Shown piece by piece: positions 12,228 to 25,400 of a DNA stretch of 64,000 nt. Origin of the DNA: Trichodelitschia bisporula. Taxonomy: Eukaryota. The position numbers were made by a program, and so were the translations under genes. The stretch is taken from positions 426,963 to 490,962 of the forward strand of contig ML996701.1 in NCBI GenBank assembly GCA_010356995.1. The letters are read 5' to 3'. The notes beneath the pieces were generated by a model. The model was given only the letters and a program-made list of their open reading frames with translations, ran no database searches and was not told where the DNA came from. Position 1 is the stretch's first letter, and each line of letters begins with the position of its first letter.

Positions 12228-12461
12228 CAGTAACCGAAATGTAGAGAGCCGAGCAACGGGGGGGCGGGTGGCGTTCACGAGAATGAGGGGGGGCGGGCGA
12301 CAGCAATCGATTAGTTGGAAGATGATACCCAGCGTCAGCAGGACCTGGCCCTACTTGAGCGATTGACCACCCGGCCCATCCCGTAAACCCAAACCTCGTA
12401 TCCAACCTGGTATCCAACCTCGTATCCGTATCTTCCTCGAGCATTTCATCCTCCCAGCGCA

Positions 12462-14323
12462 ATGGTCTTCTATCCCCCAGCATGGGTCCCGAAGCTCCCC
12501 TTCGACCCGCCCGATAACGTCCCCATCTCGGATTTCATGCTGGATGACCGCTATGGGCGCTACCCGATTGCCGACTCGAGGCCTATGTTCACCTGTGGCC
12601 TGTCAGGCCAGTCGTACACTGCGCCGCAGGTCAAGGAACGCGTCGACTTCCTCGCGCGCGGGCTGGCAAAGGAGCTGGGGTGGGCGCCGAACACTGGGAG
12701 CGAGTGGGACAAGGTCATTGGCGTCTTCTCGCTGAACACGGTACGTCAGCACGAACACGCTACATGCGGGTGCCTAATTGGACATAGCTGGACACCGTTC
12801 CGCTCGCCTGGGCCGCCCATCGCCTCGGTGGTCTTCAAACGCCGGCTAATGCGCAATACTCCGTCGCGGAAGTCGTATACCAGTTGAAGGACTCGAAGGC
12901 CAAAGCACTGTTTACGTGCCTGCCGCTGCTGGAGTCGGCATTGCAGGCGGCGAAGCAAGTTGGCATCCCGCGCAACCGCGTCTATATTCTGGAGCTGGCG
13001 AAGGAGGCCACTGGGGGAGCTACAAACAGCGAGTTCAAGACCGTGAGCCAGCTCGTGGAGGAGGGCTCCAAGCTACCAACGCTTGAGCCGTTGAAGTGGT
13101 CCAAGGGCGAGGGCGCACGCCGGTGCGCGTTTCTGTGCTACTCGAGCGGCACGTCAGGGCTTCCGGTACGTCTGAAGCTGTGATTGATATGTGGCGCTGC
13201 TAACTTTTGCCAGAAAGGAGTTGTGATCTCGCATCGGAATGTCATCGCCAATACACTGCAAATCGACGTCTACGAGAAGACGTTCCGGAACATACTTGCC
13301 AAAGGTGTAAGGGGCCCGTACTTAGAGAATGTTCTCGGTCTCCTCCCCATGAGCCACATCTACTCGCTCGTGGTCATCTGCCACGCGGGCGTCTACCGCG
13401 GCGACGGACTCATCATACTGCCCAAATTCGAGTTCAAGTCGTACCTGCACGCGATCCAGGACTACAAGATCAACACGCTGTACCTGGTGCCTCCGATCAT
13501 CATCCTGATGGCTAAGAACAAGGGTGTTTTAGAACAATATGATCTCAGCGCCGTCAAGGCCATTTTCACAGGTGCAGCGCCTCTCGGCGAGGAGACGTCC
13601 ACGGAACTCAATGCGATCTATCCGAAGTGGCTCATCCGCCAGGGCTATGGGCTGACCGAGACGTGCACCGTCGTCTGCTCGACCTCCGGCCAGGACATCT
13701 GGCTCGGCAGCTCTGGCTCCCTCCTCCCCGGCATCGAAGCACGCATCGTCGCGCTCGACGGCGCCGAAATCACAACCTACGACACACCGGGCGAGCTACT
13801 CGTCAAATCGCCCGCCGTCGTCATCGGATACCTAGCCAACGACAAAGCCAACGCCGAGACCTTCGTCGCAGACTCAGAAGGCGGGCGGTGGATGCGCACA
13901 GGTGACGAAGCAGTGATCCGGAAGGCACCCAGCGGAAACGAGCATATTTTCATCGTAGACCGTATCAAGGAGCTGATTAAGGTGAAGGGGTTGCAGGTTG
14001 CGCCCGCGGAGCTGGAGGCGCATTTGCTGACGCATGAGTATGTGGCTGATTGTGCGGTTATTCCGGTGCCGGATGAGCAGGCGGGGGAGGTGCCGAAGGC
14101 GTTTGTGGTTAAGAGTGGGAGTGTGGGGTTGGAGGAGAGTGATCGGCTTGTTAAGCGGGCGATTCAGAAGCATGTTGAGGAGCATAAGGCGAGGCATAAG
14201 TGGCTTAAGGGCGGGGTGGAGTTTATCGATGTTATTCCCAAGAGCGCCAGTGGGAAGATTCTGCGTCGGTTGCTGCGGGATAAGGAGCGGGAGGCGCGGA
14301 AGAAGAAGGGCGCGAAGCTGTAA
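12462..14323 (+). CDS. Phenylacetyl-CoA/4-coumarate-CoA ligase-like AMP-binding enzyme, peroxisomal; 3 exons
   Basis: Introns 12741-12787 and 13166-13213; YSSGTSGLP|KG, QGYGLTE, RTGD, DRIKELIKVKG, PKSASGKILRR motifs; C-terminal AKL (PTS1). Confidence 0.92.
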
Positions 14324-14889
14324 ATATGTGGTGGGTAAGGGGACTGATCTTGTATATGCACTTTGTACAGTGGGTTTTCCGTTCAAAGTTCTGTCGCAGC
14401 TTACAGCGTATATCCGTAGAGTGTGTTGGCTTGCGGTATTGAACTAGGTTTTGATCTATGGCAAAGTGCTTTGAATCTTGCCATCTCTCTCTACCGCTAT
14501 GCGGGAAGTGAGTCATTAAGAAATTGATGTAGAACTTCGAATAATATCACTACAAACACGATCTGTCTTTGACGGGTAAGTGCTGGAGTTCTTCTAAGTG
14601 CGAAGCTAACTAGGAGCAGACAGCAACCGAAGACCAACATGCAGACATTGTGCGTGGAGATACTACGGTATCACAATGGAATGAATCCCTATGCTCAACT
14701 TCACGCCAAAAAGCCTCATCCTCACACGCTATCAACAGTTCCGCCTCTCCAGAACCAAATAACCAACCTACAGCTACTCCAATACCGCAAGTACCAGCGC
14801 TCCCAAAAAGCCTCGCCAAACAAAATACCCCATACCGCCTATGAATACATACCATGAGTAGAATAGCAAACGACACACCATCTTCAAGC

Positions 14890-17800
14890 CTACAAAAACG
14901 CCGGTGTAAGCGGACTACTCCCTGCACCCAACCCCCCACTAATCCTCTTCCTAAGAAACTGCTCCGCCATCTTCTGCCCACTAGTCGGTGTCGTAGGCGT
15001 AACCCTCCCGCCCTTGACCGGTGAAACCCTCCCCGCGCGCACCGGGCTCACATTCTCCTTAACCCCACCCGCCCGCTTCCTAATTGCCAGCGGGCTCGGC
15101 GCATGCATGGGAGACCCATTCAGCGGCGGCGGAAACGGGCTCGGCAGCGTCGTGACGCTCCCGAGGCGCACAGGCGATCCCGTCCGCACACTGCCCGGCC
15201 CCGTCACAGCATCGTTCCTGTGCGGCGTAATCGGCTCCGCCGCATACGGCCCGCGCGAAATATTCAGCAGCGTCGCGTCGCCTAGCAACGGTCGCGGCGT
15301 ACTGGCTCGCGGCGTGCGAGGTCGTGTCTCGGCCACGCGCTCAAGGGCAAAGGACGATGTGCTCCGCGCTCCGAGCGCACTGAGCGGGCGCGCCAGACTC
15401 TCGAGTCGGGGAGCGCGCGTGGTAGTAGCTACACTTCCGCGGCGGCCGCGGTTAAGCGCCGGAACCTCAAGCGCCTCGCAAGACACATCATCCGCGCGGC
15501 CCGGATGGCGCTCCTCGATCGGCGCGCAAGAGGTGGATACGTGTGGCCGGCGGCTCGGCCCAACACCCACGGGTGCCGAGTCCGAGCTAGGTTTCCTATC
15601 AGCGGCGGGGCGCCGCGGAAGGGGAAGCGACTCGCTGCTCCGGCCGGGCGGGAGACGCGGCGGTCGGCCCGTCTCGAGCATCGGGAAGCGGTCATTCATC
15701 AGGCTTGAGTGGCGGGAGGCAGGTGGGGGGCGGCGCTCAGAAATGCGGCTTGAGGGCCTGGTGATGTTTGGGCGGGGAGGGGGGAGGGAGGCGGGGGAGG
15801 GGGGTGGGAGGGGAGCCGGTGGAGTGTCGTCCATTTGTGCGCCTTCGCGGATGTGCCCCGATTTCATGGGGGTGGAGAGTGCGAGCCCAGCCTTGGGTGC
15901 CGTGGACAGGTCCTTCGTCTCGCGCGAGAGCCAGGCGCGCCAGTCGCGGCTCATGCGGGCCGGCGACTCCGTGGCCTTGCCGGTGAGGGGGAATTTCGCT
16001 ACAGGCACAGGCCGGCTGGTTATGATAACTGCGGTGCCGGTATCGGCGCTCTTGCGCGAGGCCAGGCTGGTGCTGCTCTCGTTCCGGCCGCGGATGGGCG
16101 AGTCACGGACAGGCGAGTTCTCTGTTTGCTGGCTGTAGATGCTTGGCGAGATGACGCCGGCGCCGCGCGGAGATCCCGGGCCACGTTTGATCGTACTCGG
16201 GCTGGGCGGTACGTTTTCCATCGAGCAACGCGGGAAGAACGATGGTTGACTGTCGTCGAGGGGCGTCTTCCAACGCTCGCGGGCCAGTTCGGCGCGGCGT
16301 GCGAGGTGTGTTGGCGATGGGGGACCGGGGATTGGATCCGTGCTTCCGAGCTGGTCGCGGTTCCGCCGCCGACGGGTGGAGAGAGTCTCTTGTGGGGGGA
16401 GGGCGGGCATGTCTGCTAGAATGGCGGCGGTGGAGGCGTTCGAGGGGGTGCTATTATGCGAAGGGAGGGGCGCGAAGGTGGGCAGGTCTATGACTGGGAG
16501 TTCCGGCGTCACAGCGCGGATGGTTGGCCTGCTTATCTCGCGGATTGTGCTCGAGGCAATGGAGCTATGCCGCCGCTGAGATGGGAGCGAGGCATATGCG
16601 CTCTCTTGAGCAGGAATCTGCGCAGGGGGACGTTCTTCGTCATTGACAGCGCGTGCCGGAGAGGGGATTGCGTCCGCAGTGGAATTGCGGCGGCGGCCAA
16701 AAAATCTGGCATTGAAGATGGAGGAGACCGAGGTTTTACGAGATGAAGGCGCGGGGTTGCCCAGCTGGCCATCCTCAAGGATTACGGTCAGACGGCGGCT
16801 GTCGTCCGCGCTGATGGTTGTTCCGGCGATGGTGGAGTCAGCCCAGCTGGTGACGCGCGATTTGGACGTTGCGACGGTGAATTCGCTAACAGCAGGGCTA
16901 CCAGCGCGGGGTTGGAAGGCTGGCGGGAGATGGACGGGAGTGACGGAGCGGGAGGACGCGGTGTTGTAGGACGCGGTGTTATAGGAGCCGCGGGAGCTGC
17001 CCATGGGCGTCGAGGAGGTAGAGGTGAGGGTATCACCGAAGTGCGACCGTCTGGCATCCACTTGCTGCACAGGGAGGCAGCGGCTGCTGGCCGAGGACTT
17101 GCGGAAGACGCGGCGGATCTTGTCACGGAAGGAGTTGGAGGCTTTGCTCTCGCCGCTGGACTTGCGCGGTACGGACCGGGACCATACCTCATCAGTTGGC
17201 AGTGGAGCAGAAGCTTCGTAGGTGGTGGCGGTGTTGGAGGCGCTGGACAGCGTGGTGACTTCAGCCTTGTCGCTGCGCTTTCTGAAGGAACTAAGCAATG
17301 ACGGGCGATTCCGCACACGCCGACGCTGGAAGTCTAGGAGATGCTGATCACGGCATCGGTTCAAGTCCTCGTCGACCGTGTAGGTCTTGGAAGGGGTATT
17401 GTTGGAAGCAGTGCGCAGTGGCGGCGGGATATGAGTAGGTGTTCGCTCTTGCTCCGCAATGCTGTCCAACCTCGTTCCTGGTACCGCAGGATCCGGCTCA
17501 GGCGGAAACGAAATGTCCTCAACAGACGTTGTCTTAGACTCCTGGGTTGACGAATACATAGACCTCGTCTTGCGGACCACTCGAAAGGGGGCAGAGGAGC
17601 TACGGTGCAGATCCGCAGTCGGTTGGACCTGCGGCATCGGCGGCCCACAGCGAGGTTCCGAGATGGACATCGACGCTGGGGACGGAACATTCGGTGATCC
17701 CAACGGCTGGGAGTTACTGCGAGAGAGCGCCGAGGTAAACAGGCGCCGATTAGCGTTCAAACGCAGCGGTCTCTCACCACCGAAGTGGCTCCCCTCGCCT

Positions 17801-18033
17801 TCGGACCGCCGACCCCTCGTTTTGCGTCTAGCGGCCTCAGACTCAGCTGCATTCTCGCTCCTCGTATGAGCATGGGCCCGCTCATAAGCAACGGTGGCAG
17901 CAACCAGGGCGTGTTTCTGCGCGGCGACGGGGTCAATGAGACTCGAGGCTGAAGGGCGGCGCTGGACAGAGGAAGAAGATCTGCTGCGACGAAGGGGGGC
18001 GGATGAAGAGTGAGTTGAAGCGTTGTGAAGCAT
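14890..18033 (-). CDS. Large Ser/Pro/Arg-rich low-complexity hypothetical protein
   Basis: 1047-aa uninterrupted ORF; short ordered-looking segments (AQKHALVAATVAYERA, SFRDKIRRVF, SRVTSWADST, SRDWRAWLS, MNDRFPM); no domain recognised. Confidence 0.75.
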   Translation of the reverse strand: MLHNASTHSSSAPLRRSRSSSSVQRRPSASSLIDPVAAQKHALVAATVAYERAHAHTRSENAAESEAARRKTRGRRSEGEGSHFGGERPLRLNANRRLFTSALSRSNSQPLGSPNVPSPASMSISEPRCGPPMPQVQPTADLHRSSSAPFRVVRKTRSMYSSTQESKTTSVEDISFPPEPDPAVPGTRLDSIAEQERTPTHIPPPLRTASNNTPSKTYTVDEDLNRCRDQHLLDFQRRRVRNRPSLLSSFRKRSDKAEVTTLSSASNTATTYEASAPLPTDEVWSRSVPRKSSGESKASNSFRDKIRRVFRKSSASSRCLPVQQVDARRSHFGDTLTSTSSTPMGSSRGSYNTASYNTASSRSVTPVHLPPAFQPRAGSPAVSEFTVATSKSRVTSWADSTIAGTTISADDSRRLTVILEDGQLGNPAPSSRKTSVSSIFNARFFGRRRNSTADAIPSPARAVNDEERPPAQIPAQESAYASLPSQRRHSSIASSTIREISRPTIRAVTPELPVIDLPTFAPLPSHNSTPSNASTAAILADMPALPPQETLSTRRRRNRDQLGSTDPIPGPPSPTHLARRAELARERWKTPLDDSQPSFFPRCSMENVPPSPSTIKRGPGSPRGAGVISPSIYSQQTENSPVRDSPIRGRNESSTSLASRKSADTGTAVIITSRPVPVAKFPLTGKATESPARMSRDWRAWLSRETKDLSTAPKAGLALSTPMKSGHIREGAQMDDTPPAPLPPPSPASLPPPRPNITRPSSRISERRPPPASRHSSLMNDRFPMLETGRPPRLPPGRSSESLPLPRRPAADRKPSSDSAPVGVGPSRRPHVSTSCAPIEERHPGRADDVSCEALEVPALNRGRRGSVATTTRAPRLESLARPLSALGARSTSSFALERVAETRPRTPRASTPRPLLGDATLLNISRGPYAAEPITPHRNDAVTGPGSVRTGSPVRLGSVTTLPSPFPPPLNGSPMHAPSPLAIRKRAGGVKENVSPVRAGRVSPVKGGRVTPTTPTSGQKMAEQFLRKRISGGLGAGSSPLTPAFL

Positions 18034-18681
18034 TCCTACGGCTTGGGGCGGGGGGTGCCGTTGATGCTGGGTGAGCCCGCGGCGAAGGATGTACTGGAAG
18101 TGATGCTGAAGAGGCGGATGGAGAAGAGTGGGATCGGGCGGGGGGCGGAAGACACGTCAATGGTGGGCTGAAAAGAAGAGTAGAAGGGACAGCCATGGTG
18201 GATTGTAGCTTCGTGAACTTCTGGGAGGAGAGGACCGTGGAAGGCGTGGTGCTCGTGGCAAGGGGACACGATATATGACTGAGGATGGAAAGCGTGCTGG
18301 GATTGATGAGGAAAGAGAGGCTAGATTTAGAGAAGCAAAGACTGTTCAAACTGAAGGGACCGCCTTACATCTTCCACTTCTGATGATCAGCTCATATTTC
18401 ATCGAGATGGTCGAAATGTCTACTCAAACCATGCCGACTTCGAGTTCACGACACCACTTCTTGATGACGACACAGCAGAACACGGGATCTTGCTACTGAA
18501 CTCGAGGATTGAGATATTACGATAGGATTTTACCGGTACGATAAGAGGTACAGTACCACTCAATTGCCCGACAGCTTTCTATTTAAATGGGGAACCGATT
18601 TAGAAGGCTGATGGTTGTCGATTCTCACGATGTCAAAGTGTTTTGACGTCGTCGGCCCTCCCCGCCCGGCGTCAAAAACCA

Positions 18682-18724
18682 AGCGCCGCCACAGCGCCAC
18701 AGCGCCACAGCGCCACGACGCCGC
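18682..18724 (+). repeat. 8-nt microsatellite-like repeat (CAGCGCCA) x~4
   Basis: agcgccgccacagcgccacagcgccacagcgccacgacgccgc. Confidence 0.7.
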
Positions 18725-19825
18725 AACAACGACGCCTCCCCATCATCAGCCTCAAGCAGGTTCCCGTCCTGCATCGGAGCTGTCGCCAACTTCCCGCTCG
18801 TCTCCGAAGCAGAGCTTCAGCTCCGTTCAAGCCGTGAGCTCTCTGTTCCAAACCCTCAACCTCTCCCATATCTCAAACCCTCATCCCATCCCAAACTCCA
18901 GAACCCCCCACCCCCTCTATCGCCAAACCTAGCCCTCCCTCTAAAGTACGGTAACATCGGTAGCCGCCCCCCACACCCCAACCCCGTGTCCTAATCGCGT
19001 GCTCCCCCCATCCCGGCGACAGCGCGCATCAAGTCAGCCACCCTCCACCCCGGCCCAATCTCGTACCACTCGTGACCACGACCAGTAGCACGCTTCGACC
19101 ACTACCCCCGCCCCCGCAGATCCAACAGCTCTCAGGAACCGCCACGTCGCGCTGCAGCTTCGCAAAGCGGTGGAAGAAGTGAAGCGTGCACAACGAGTAC
19201 GGTACCTGTCGGGCAACATGGAACTCTCCCGTCCAACAAAATGCCCTCGAATCTGGTATCTCGCATGCGCATCGCGTGCCAGTAACTGACCCGGGTTGTC
19301 TCGGATCCAGACGTGCGCGGTTCCGTGCCTGCATTGCCCAGCCCACCAACCCCGCGCCCCCGCAGTGGCCGGGACCCGAACCAAGCTCCGCCATCCAGTC
19401 GAGCTGCTGCCTGCTGGGGCGAAACGCCATACGAGGAGGAATGGCGTTAGCTGTCCGGCATGGAGCTCTCCTCGTTGCGATAAGCTCAAGTACCAGATTA
19501 AGAGCTTCAACACCACGATGTCGTGAAGCATTGTAGCTAATTAGCATACATCACGGCATCACATATCGCCAGGTGCATTCGCGAATAGTTAATACAGCCT
19601 ACAGACCCCAAACACGCGAGCGCCGTGAACCCATCTGTCTGCTGTGCCGCAAGCTCGCCACGCCCGCAGCCGCAGCGTGAAAAAGACATCCCAAACGCAA
19701 GCACACGCAATACCAGTAGCTATCAACACAAATTGAGCCAGACGAACCAAACCCCCATGATGCTAACCTCGCAGCCGCGAGGGAGACCGTAGACCGACGG
19801 AATCTATATATTCCTAACCCATCCT

Positions 19826-21434
19826 CTAGTACGCCTCGAGGAACTCCTTGAGCTCCTCCTCGACCATAGCCTCAATCTTCTCCGCCATCGCCTCGATCTT
19901 CTCAGCCAGAACGCTCGACTCCTTCTGGATCTTGCGGCCAGTGCCCTCGAAGGGGATGGTGAACTGCGAGCCGGGGAGCTCGATCTTGGCCTCATAGGCG
20001 CCCTTGCTGATGATGTCGGTGTAGTTGGACGAGCCACCACCGTTCCAGGCGAGAACATTGGGCGAGCCAGTGCCGACGTCAGAGAGGGCGTTCTTGGTGG
20101 CAATGGAGACGAGTGCGGCCTTGAGCTGCTTGGGGGTGATCTCAGCGACAGCGTACGCAGAGTCCTTGGCAGGCTGCAGAGACAGCAGGTAGGCAAGCAG
20201 ACCCGCAATATGAGGCGAGGCCATCGAAGTACCGGAGATGGTGTTGACGGCGTGCTTGCTGCCGATCCAGGTGGAAAGGATGTTCAGGCCAGGGGCGAAG
20301 ATGTTCAGGCAGTTGCCCCAGTTGGAGAAGTAGGCACGCTCGTCAGACAGGGTGGACGCGCCAACGGTCACGGCCTTGTCAGCAGCGGCGGGCGAGTAGT
20401 TGCAGGCATCAGCGTTGTCGTTACCGGCAGCGACGGCAAAGTGGATACCAGCGTCGACGGCAGCGTTGACGGCCATGTCCAGGGTCGGTGACTTGCCACC
20501 ACCCAGAGACATGTTGGCGGCAGAGCCCTTCCAGCCCTTGCGCTTGCCAGCCTTGGCCGCGGCAACGCTCTCGGTGTGCGACTCCGCGGCGTACTCGACA
20601 CCCTTCACGACATCGGACATGGTGCCGGAGCCGTTGGAGCGGAGGACCTTGACGGCGATGATGTTCGCCTTCTTGGCAACACCGTACTTCTTGCCGGCGA
20701 CGGTGCCGGAGCAGTGGGTGCCGTGGCCATTGCCATCCTCATCGGCGTCATTCATGGGGATGGTCTTGCCCCACGCTGCGCGACCCTCGAAGTCAACGTG
20801 GTTCACGTTAGTGCCGGTATCAATGACGTAAACATCAACGCCCTCGCCACCGTCCGCCGTGTAGAGGTACTTGTTGAAGGTACCAAAGGACAGGCTGTCA
20901 CGGTGCGAGATACGGGCCAGACCCCAAGGGGCGTTCTTCTCCGTCTCGATGTCCATCGTGTGGACCTCGGAGTCCCGCTCAATGTATTCAACCTGCGTGA
21001 CATTAGCACCCTGGTCAGGCTCACGTGGACGGGGTAGATGCGGGGCCGAGATAACTCACATCCGGATGGCGACGAAGCTGCTCGATCACATCCTCGTCGA
21101 AGTGGCCAGAATAGCCCAGGAAGCTGCCCGCAATGTTGTAGGTGTGCTTCAGACCCGTAAATGCCTCATTAACGGTGGGAAGCAGCGAGCGCTTGCGGAG
21201 CTCCAGCTTCCGCGTCTCCGTCGTTTGGTGCAGCTGCTGTATCCACGAAGTGTGGGCATCAGCATCAGCCTTCTTCACATGCTCCTTGAGCTTGATAATG
21301 TAGGAGTTGGGAATATGTTTGGCGTTGCTAGACGACAGGAGGGGAGCTGCGTCGTTGTGGATGGTCCCAACGTTGAGGACAGGCGACGCTGACGCAGCCA
21401 GGGCGTACAGCGACAGAGCGGCGGCGAACTTCAT
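19826..21434 (-). CDS. PRB1: Vacuolar subtilisin-like serine protease (protease B/Alp2 type, S8 with I9 propeptide); 2 exons
   Basis: Signal peptide MKFAAALSLYALAASA; intron 20993-21059; catalytic VIDTG, GHGTHCSG, SGTSMASPH; APWGLARISHR. Confidence 0.93.
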
Positions 21435-22426
21435 CGTGAGGGCCTGCCAAAGACGATGAACTCTAGAGAGAAGTGGGCAGTTGACGGGGAAGATGAAATG
21501 GAGATAGATGGGGTTGTTGGATGGGATGAAAGGTGGAGGACCTCAAGGGTGACAAGACGGCAGCTCGGGGGGGAGGGAGGGTGAGGCAGCAGCTGGGGCT
21601 TTATCTCCACGAGAGGCTGGCGTTATCGCCGGGGGAACTGTCGGAGCGTGAATCACAAGGACCGCCGGGGGTGGCGTTGGGTGAGTGGGTGACTGGGGGG
21701 CTTGGCTTTTGGTTGCAGCGCAACAGTCAGTGACGCTGACTGAGGAGCCTGCCAAGCCTAAGTGGGCCTGGATTGGCTGAAGCTCCCTGCGGCTGTGCCT
21801 GTCCTGCCGCTTACGGCTAGCCTAAATCGTTTCAAATGGCTTGTCTCAGCGTCACAGGATCTCTGCTCAGCCCGAGAGAGGTCAAGCCTCAAATGCTCAC
21901 CAGCCTCCTCTTGGCCCGTATCCTGTGAGAGTGGAGGCCTGACGCCAAGCGTTAAATGGTTGGTGCGCATCGTCAGGCAGCCAGTGTCTTGGATCAGTTT
22001 GGCGGCTGATATTTGTGATGCTGAGCACATCTCGTAGATATTGTAGCAAACGTACAGCTTAACACGCTGTAAATCTGTCTTCTTGTGTGACTATCAAAGG
22101 CCTTTCACCTTGTATACCTCATAAACTTGCCAGGAATTGGCCTTCTTCCTGTTTGCGCAACCGCAGACTGGGGTACTTTGCGCACAAGCACTACACACCG
22201 CAAGCTTCAACACGACCCCCCCCACCCCAAACTACCCCGCCACAACCCGTCTCATCTTTCTCCCATTCGAGTCCCCATGAGAGCTTCGCCACTGCCCTCT
22301 GATTGTGTAGTTGGCAATTGCGGGGGTCGGATGTCTAGACCCGAGCGCTTGTCATCAGTTTGAGGCTACGAGATATGCCCGTCACGCGCAACCTCCACCA
22401 TTCAGACTCTTGACCGGAGCCGTGAG

Positions 22427-25400
22427 ATGGACGTCTCTCCGCGTCGCCACCGGTCGTCAAGGACCTCTGCTGCGTCCCCGGAGCAAGACAAGCAGATTAC
22501 CTGCGATTTGCAAGCGCTGATCAGCGCCATCACCGAATCCCTTCCCTTTCCACCATCGCTCAGTTCCATCCAGCTACAATGCGACGACCTGCGACGCATC
22601 CGCCAGCTCCTCATAGACCACCCACTTCCGACCGAAGCGCGGGACGCCTTCCGTCGTATCGGCGGCTTCACAACCCTCCTTGACCTTCTACGCTCCCTCA
22701 ACGGCTTCTACACACCCCAACTGACGCGCGACCAGCGAACAGGATTTTTCGAGCTCCTGAAGACAGCTTTGGATGTGCTGTCAGAGTCGCTGGACGCACA
22801 TCCGGGAAACCGGCGATACTTTGCGAACCGGGTACCAGGCGGGGGCTGGAAGTCGCTCGAGCAAGCACTAAAGGATACTGGCTTCGGTGCGGTACATTCT
22901 GGAGAAGACAATGGAGGCGAACAGTTCTTCGGAACGCTGTTGGCGTTTGCCGTAGCGGAGGAGTCCGTCGGGAGCATCTTCCGCGGCATACACAAGTTAT
23001 CCAAATCGCGCAGTAGCTCAACTTCCGAGGAGGATCCCGTCTGGCTGGTGCCGCTTCGAGACCACCTGCGGTCGACCTTTAGCGGACACGAGATTCTGCG
23101 GAACCCGGAGATTGTACCGATAGTGTTCAACTTTTGGCGACTACTGGCCGAAGATACCCAGGAAGAGCACCGGATAATGCTGTCTACAGCTGTCGCTCTG
23201 GCTGTCAAGCAGATCGCCGATCTCTCAGTGCGCAACCAGATTGCTTTGCACAACAATCAGGGTGTCTCAATCTTGCTCTCTGTTCTTTTCGACAGCGAGA
23301 GCACAAGTCCTGCACAGCGTGTGTGGTACGATCTGGCAGTTAGCCTCATCAGCTATGGCATCAACAAGTTGGATGATGCGTGGCTGCTCTTCCGACGTGC
23401 GAGCACCTCTGACCGAGCGTCCGAGTTCCTGCTTCAAGCCATGCAGGGCTCGTCCAACCCAGCATTCATCCAGCTTGACCTGTCGTTACATGGCTACAGT
23501 TCGATCGAATTGCCTTCTCTGGGACGTGCTTTTCCGCCGACTTCGTCCAGCAGCGGCTACACTATGGCCGCATGGATTCGCATTGATAAGTTTGATCCCG
23601 ACGTGCACACGACAATATTTGGCGCCTATGACTCCAGCCAGAGCTGCTTCATACTCGCATATCTGGAGAATGACACGCGGCACCTCATCCTCCAAACCTC
23701 TATGAAGTTAGCCAAGCCCAGCGTTCGCTTTCGCTCTGTGACGTTCAAGGAGGGAGTCTGGTATCACATTGCAATTGTCCACCGGCGTCCCAAGACGACA
23801 TCCTCCAGCCGAGCGATGCTATTTGTGGACGGGATGTTTGAGGAGCAGATCAAGTGCCCTTACCCAGCTAGCGCACCTCTTCAGCCAGGCAGCACAGACA
23901 GCTTTGCTTCACTGGCATCCAACACGAACAAGCATACTGCTCCGGTGCAGGCCTTTCTCGGGACACCACAAGACCTGGCCTTGCGCCTGGGCCGAGGAGT
24001 AGTTACCACGAAGTGGTCTCTTGGGTCATTTCACCTATTCCAGGAAGCTCTGAGCGACCAGCTCATCACAGTGTTCCAGAAATTGGGGCCACGCTACAGC
24101 GGCAATTTCCAGGACTGCTTAGGGTCATTCCAGACTTACCGTGCGTCCGCCGAGCTGAACCAGCACAACGAGCTGCTTCATCCCGGGCAGGAAGAGAATT
24201 CGGAGATCGTGTCGGCCATTCGGCAAAAGGCGTCACTCCTGCTCGGGGAGAATCAACTGTTACTCAGCTTTTCTCCCAGCGCAGTGATGGATAATGATGA
24301 TACCAATAACATCAACGAAGCTAAACTCGCGAAATCGCTGTCGAAGGAGGCGAGACGGAATATGCAAAGGGTCATTCGGGCGGGAGGGAACTCCATAATC
24401 ATCAACGCCGCTGTTCCCTCACTCAACGAAGCCCTTACCCAGCCGCACGGAGTGGCCATACTCACTGGAGATCCTGTGGTTTCTGTTCCCCAGTCCCTCG
24501 ATGACGCCTGCTGGCGGTTAGCTGGATCTGCAGCCGCATGCCTAAAGTTGGTCGAGCTTGCCCGCACGAAGGACGCCGTCTTGCGGGCAACAAAAATCCT
24601 CTTTCAATCCGTTGAAAGTAGTTGGCGAAACAGCGAGGCCATGGAGCGCGAAAACGGATTCCAGGTCCTGGCCGGGCTGCTTCGCGAAAAGCTCGGATTT
24701 GGCTCCATCCTCGGCGACGCCGGAAACCGCAAGCCGTACTGTGCGCCTGTTGACCCAAGCGAGCGTGAGGAGCTGGCTCTTGAGCTGCTTCGCGCGGTGC
24801 TCCAGTTTGTGGGCTACGATGAGAAGAATCCCGAGGGGTCCATCATCATCAATCCACTGGCGTACCGCGTTTTGCTCGTGGACTTTGACACATGGCGCAA
24901 GAGTCCAATGGCAACGCAGAAGCTGTACTACAGCCAATTTGTGCATTTCACCGTTCGGAGTCGTAACCAAAAATTCAACTCGCGACGTCTAATCCGTATG
25001 CGGAGCGTCAAGCGTCTCCTTGATGCGCTCAAAGGAGAGTTGTTCAGTATTGACGTTTTTCCCGACTTCATGGAAGCATTCATTTCGCTGTTAAAGTGCA
25101 ATATTTCTGGGGATAACTTGCGCTCGTTGGCGCTGTTCGTCACTTATGCGCTGCACGACAGCAGAGCATTCCCCGGACGTTCACGATCGCACAAGAGCAA
25201 CGTCCGTAGTGCTAGTGTGGCGTCAAAGCCAAAGTCTGAGGCCTCTACACCATACTCGGCAAGCCCTGGAACAGACGGCAAGGCCGCTGCTGACATGCCG
25301 AAGTATGAAGTCGGCGTCAAGATCTTAGAGATGTACACCGATATCATTTGCGATCCTAGCAACGCTGAGCCCATGAACAAGTTTGCAAAGACCGTCACTA

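Noticed and set aside
15014..16138. Long antisense ORFs (also 9566-10282, 52085-53572 and others)
   Set aside because: They overlap well-supported genes on the opposite strand and are expected in GC-rich coding DNA.
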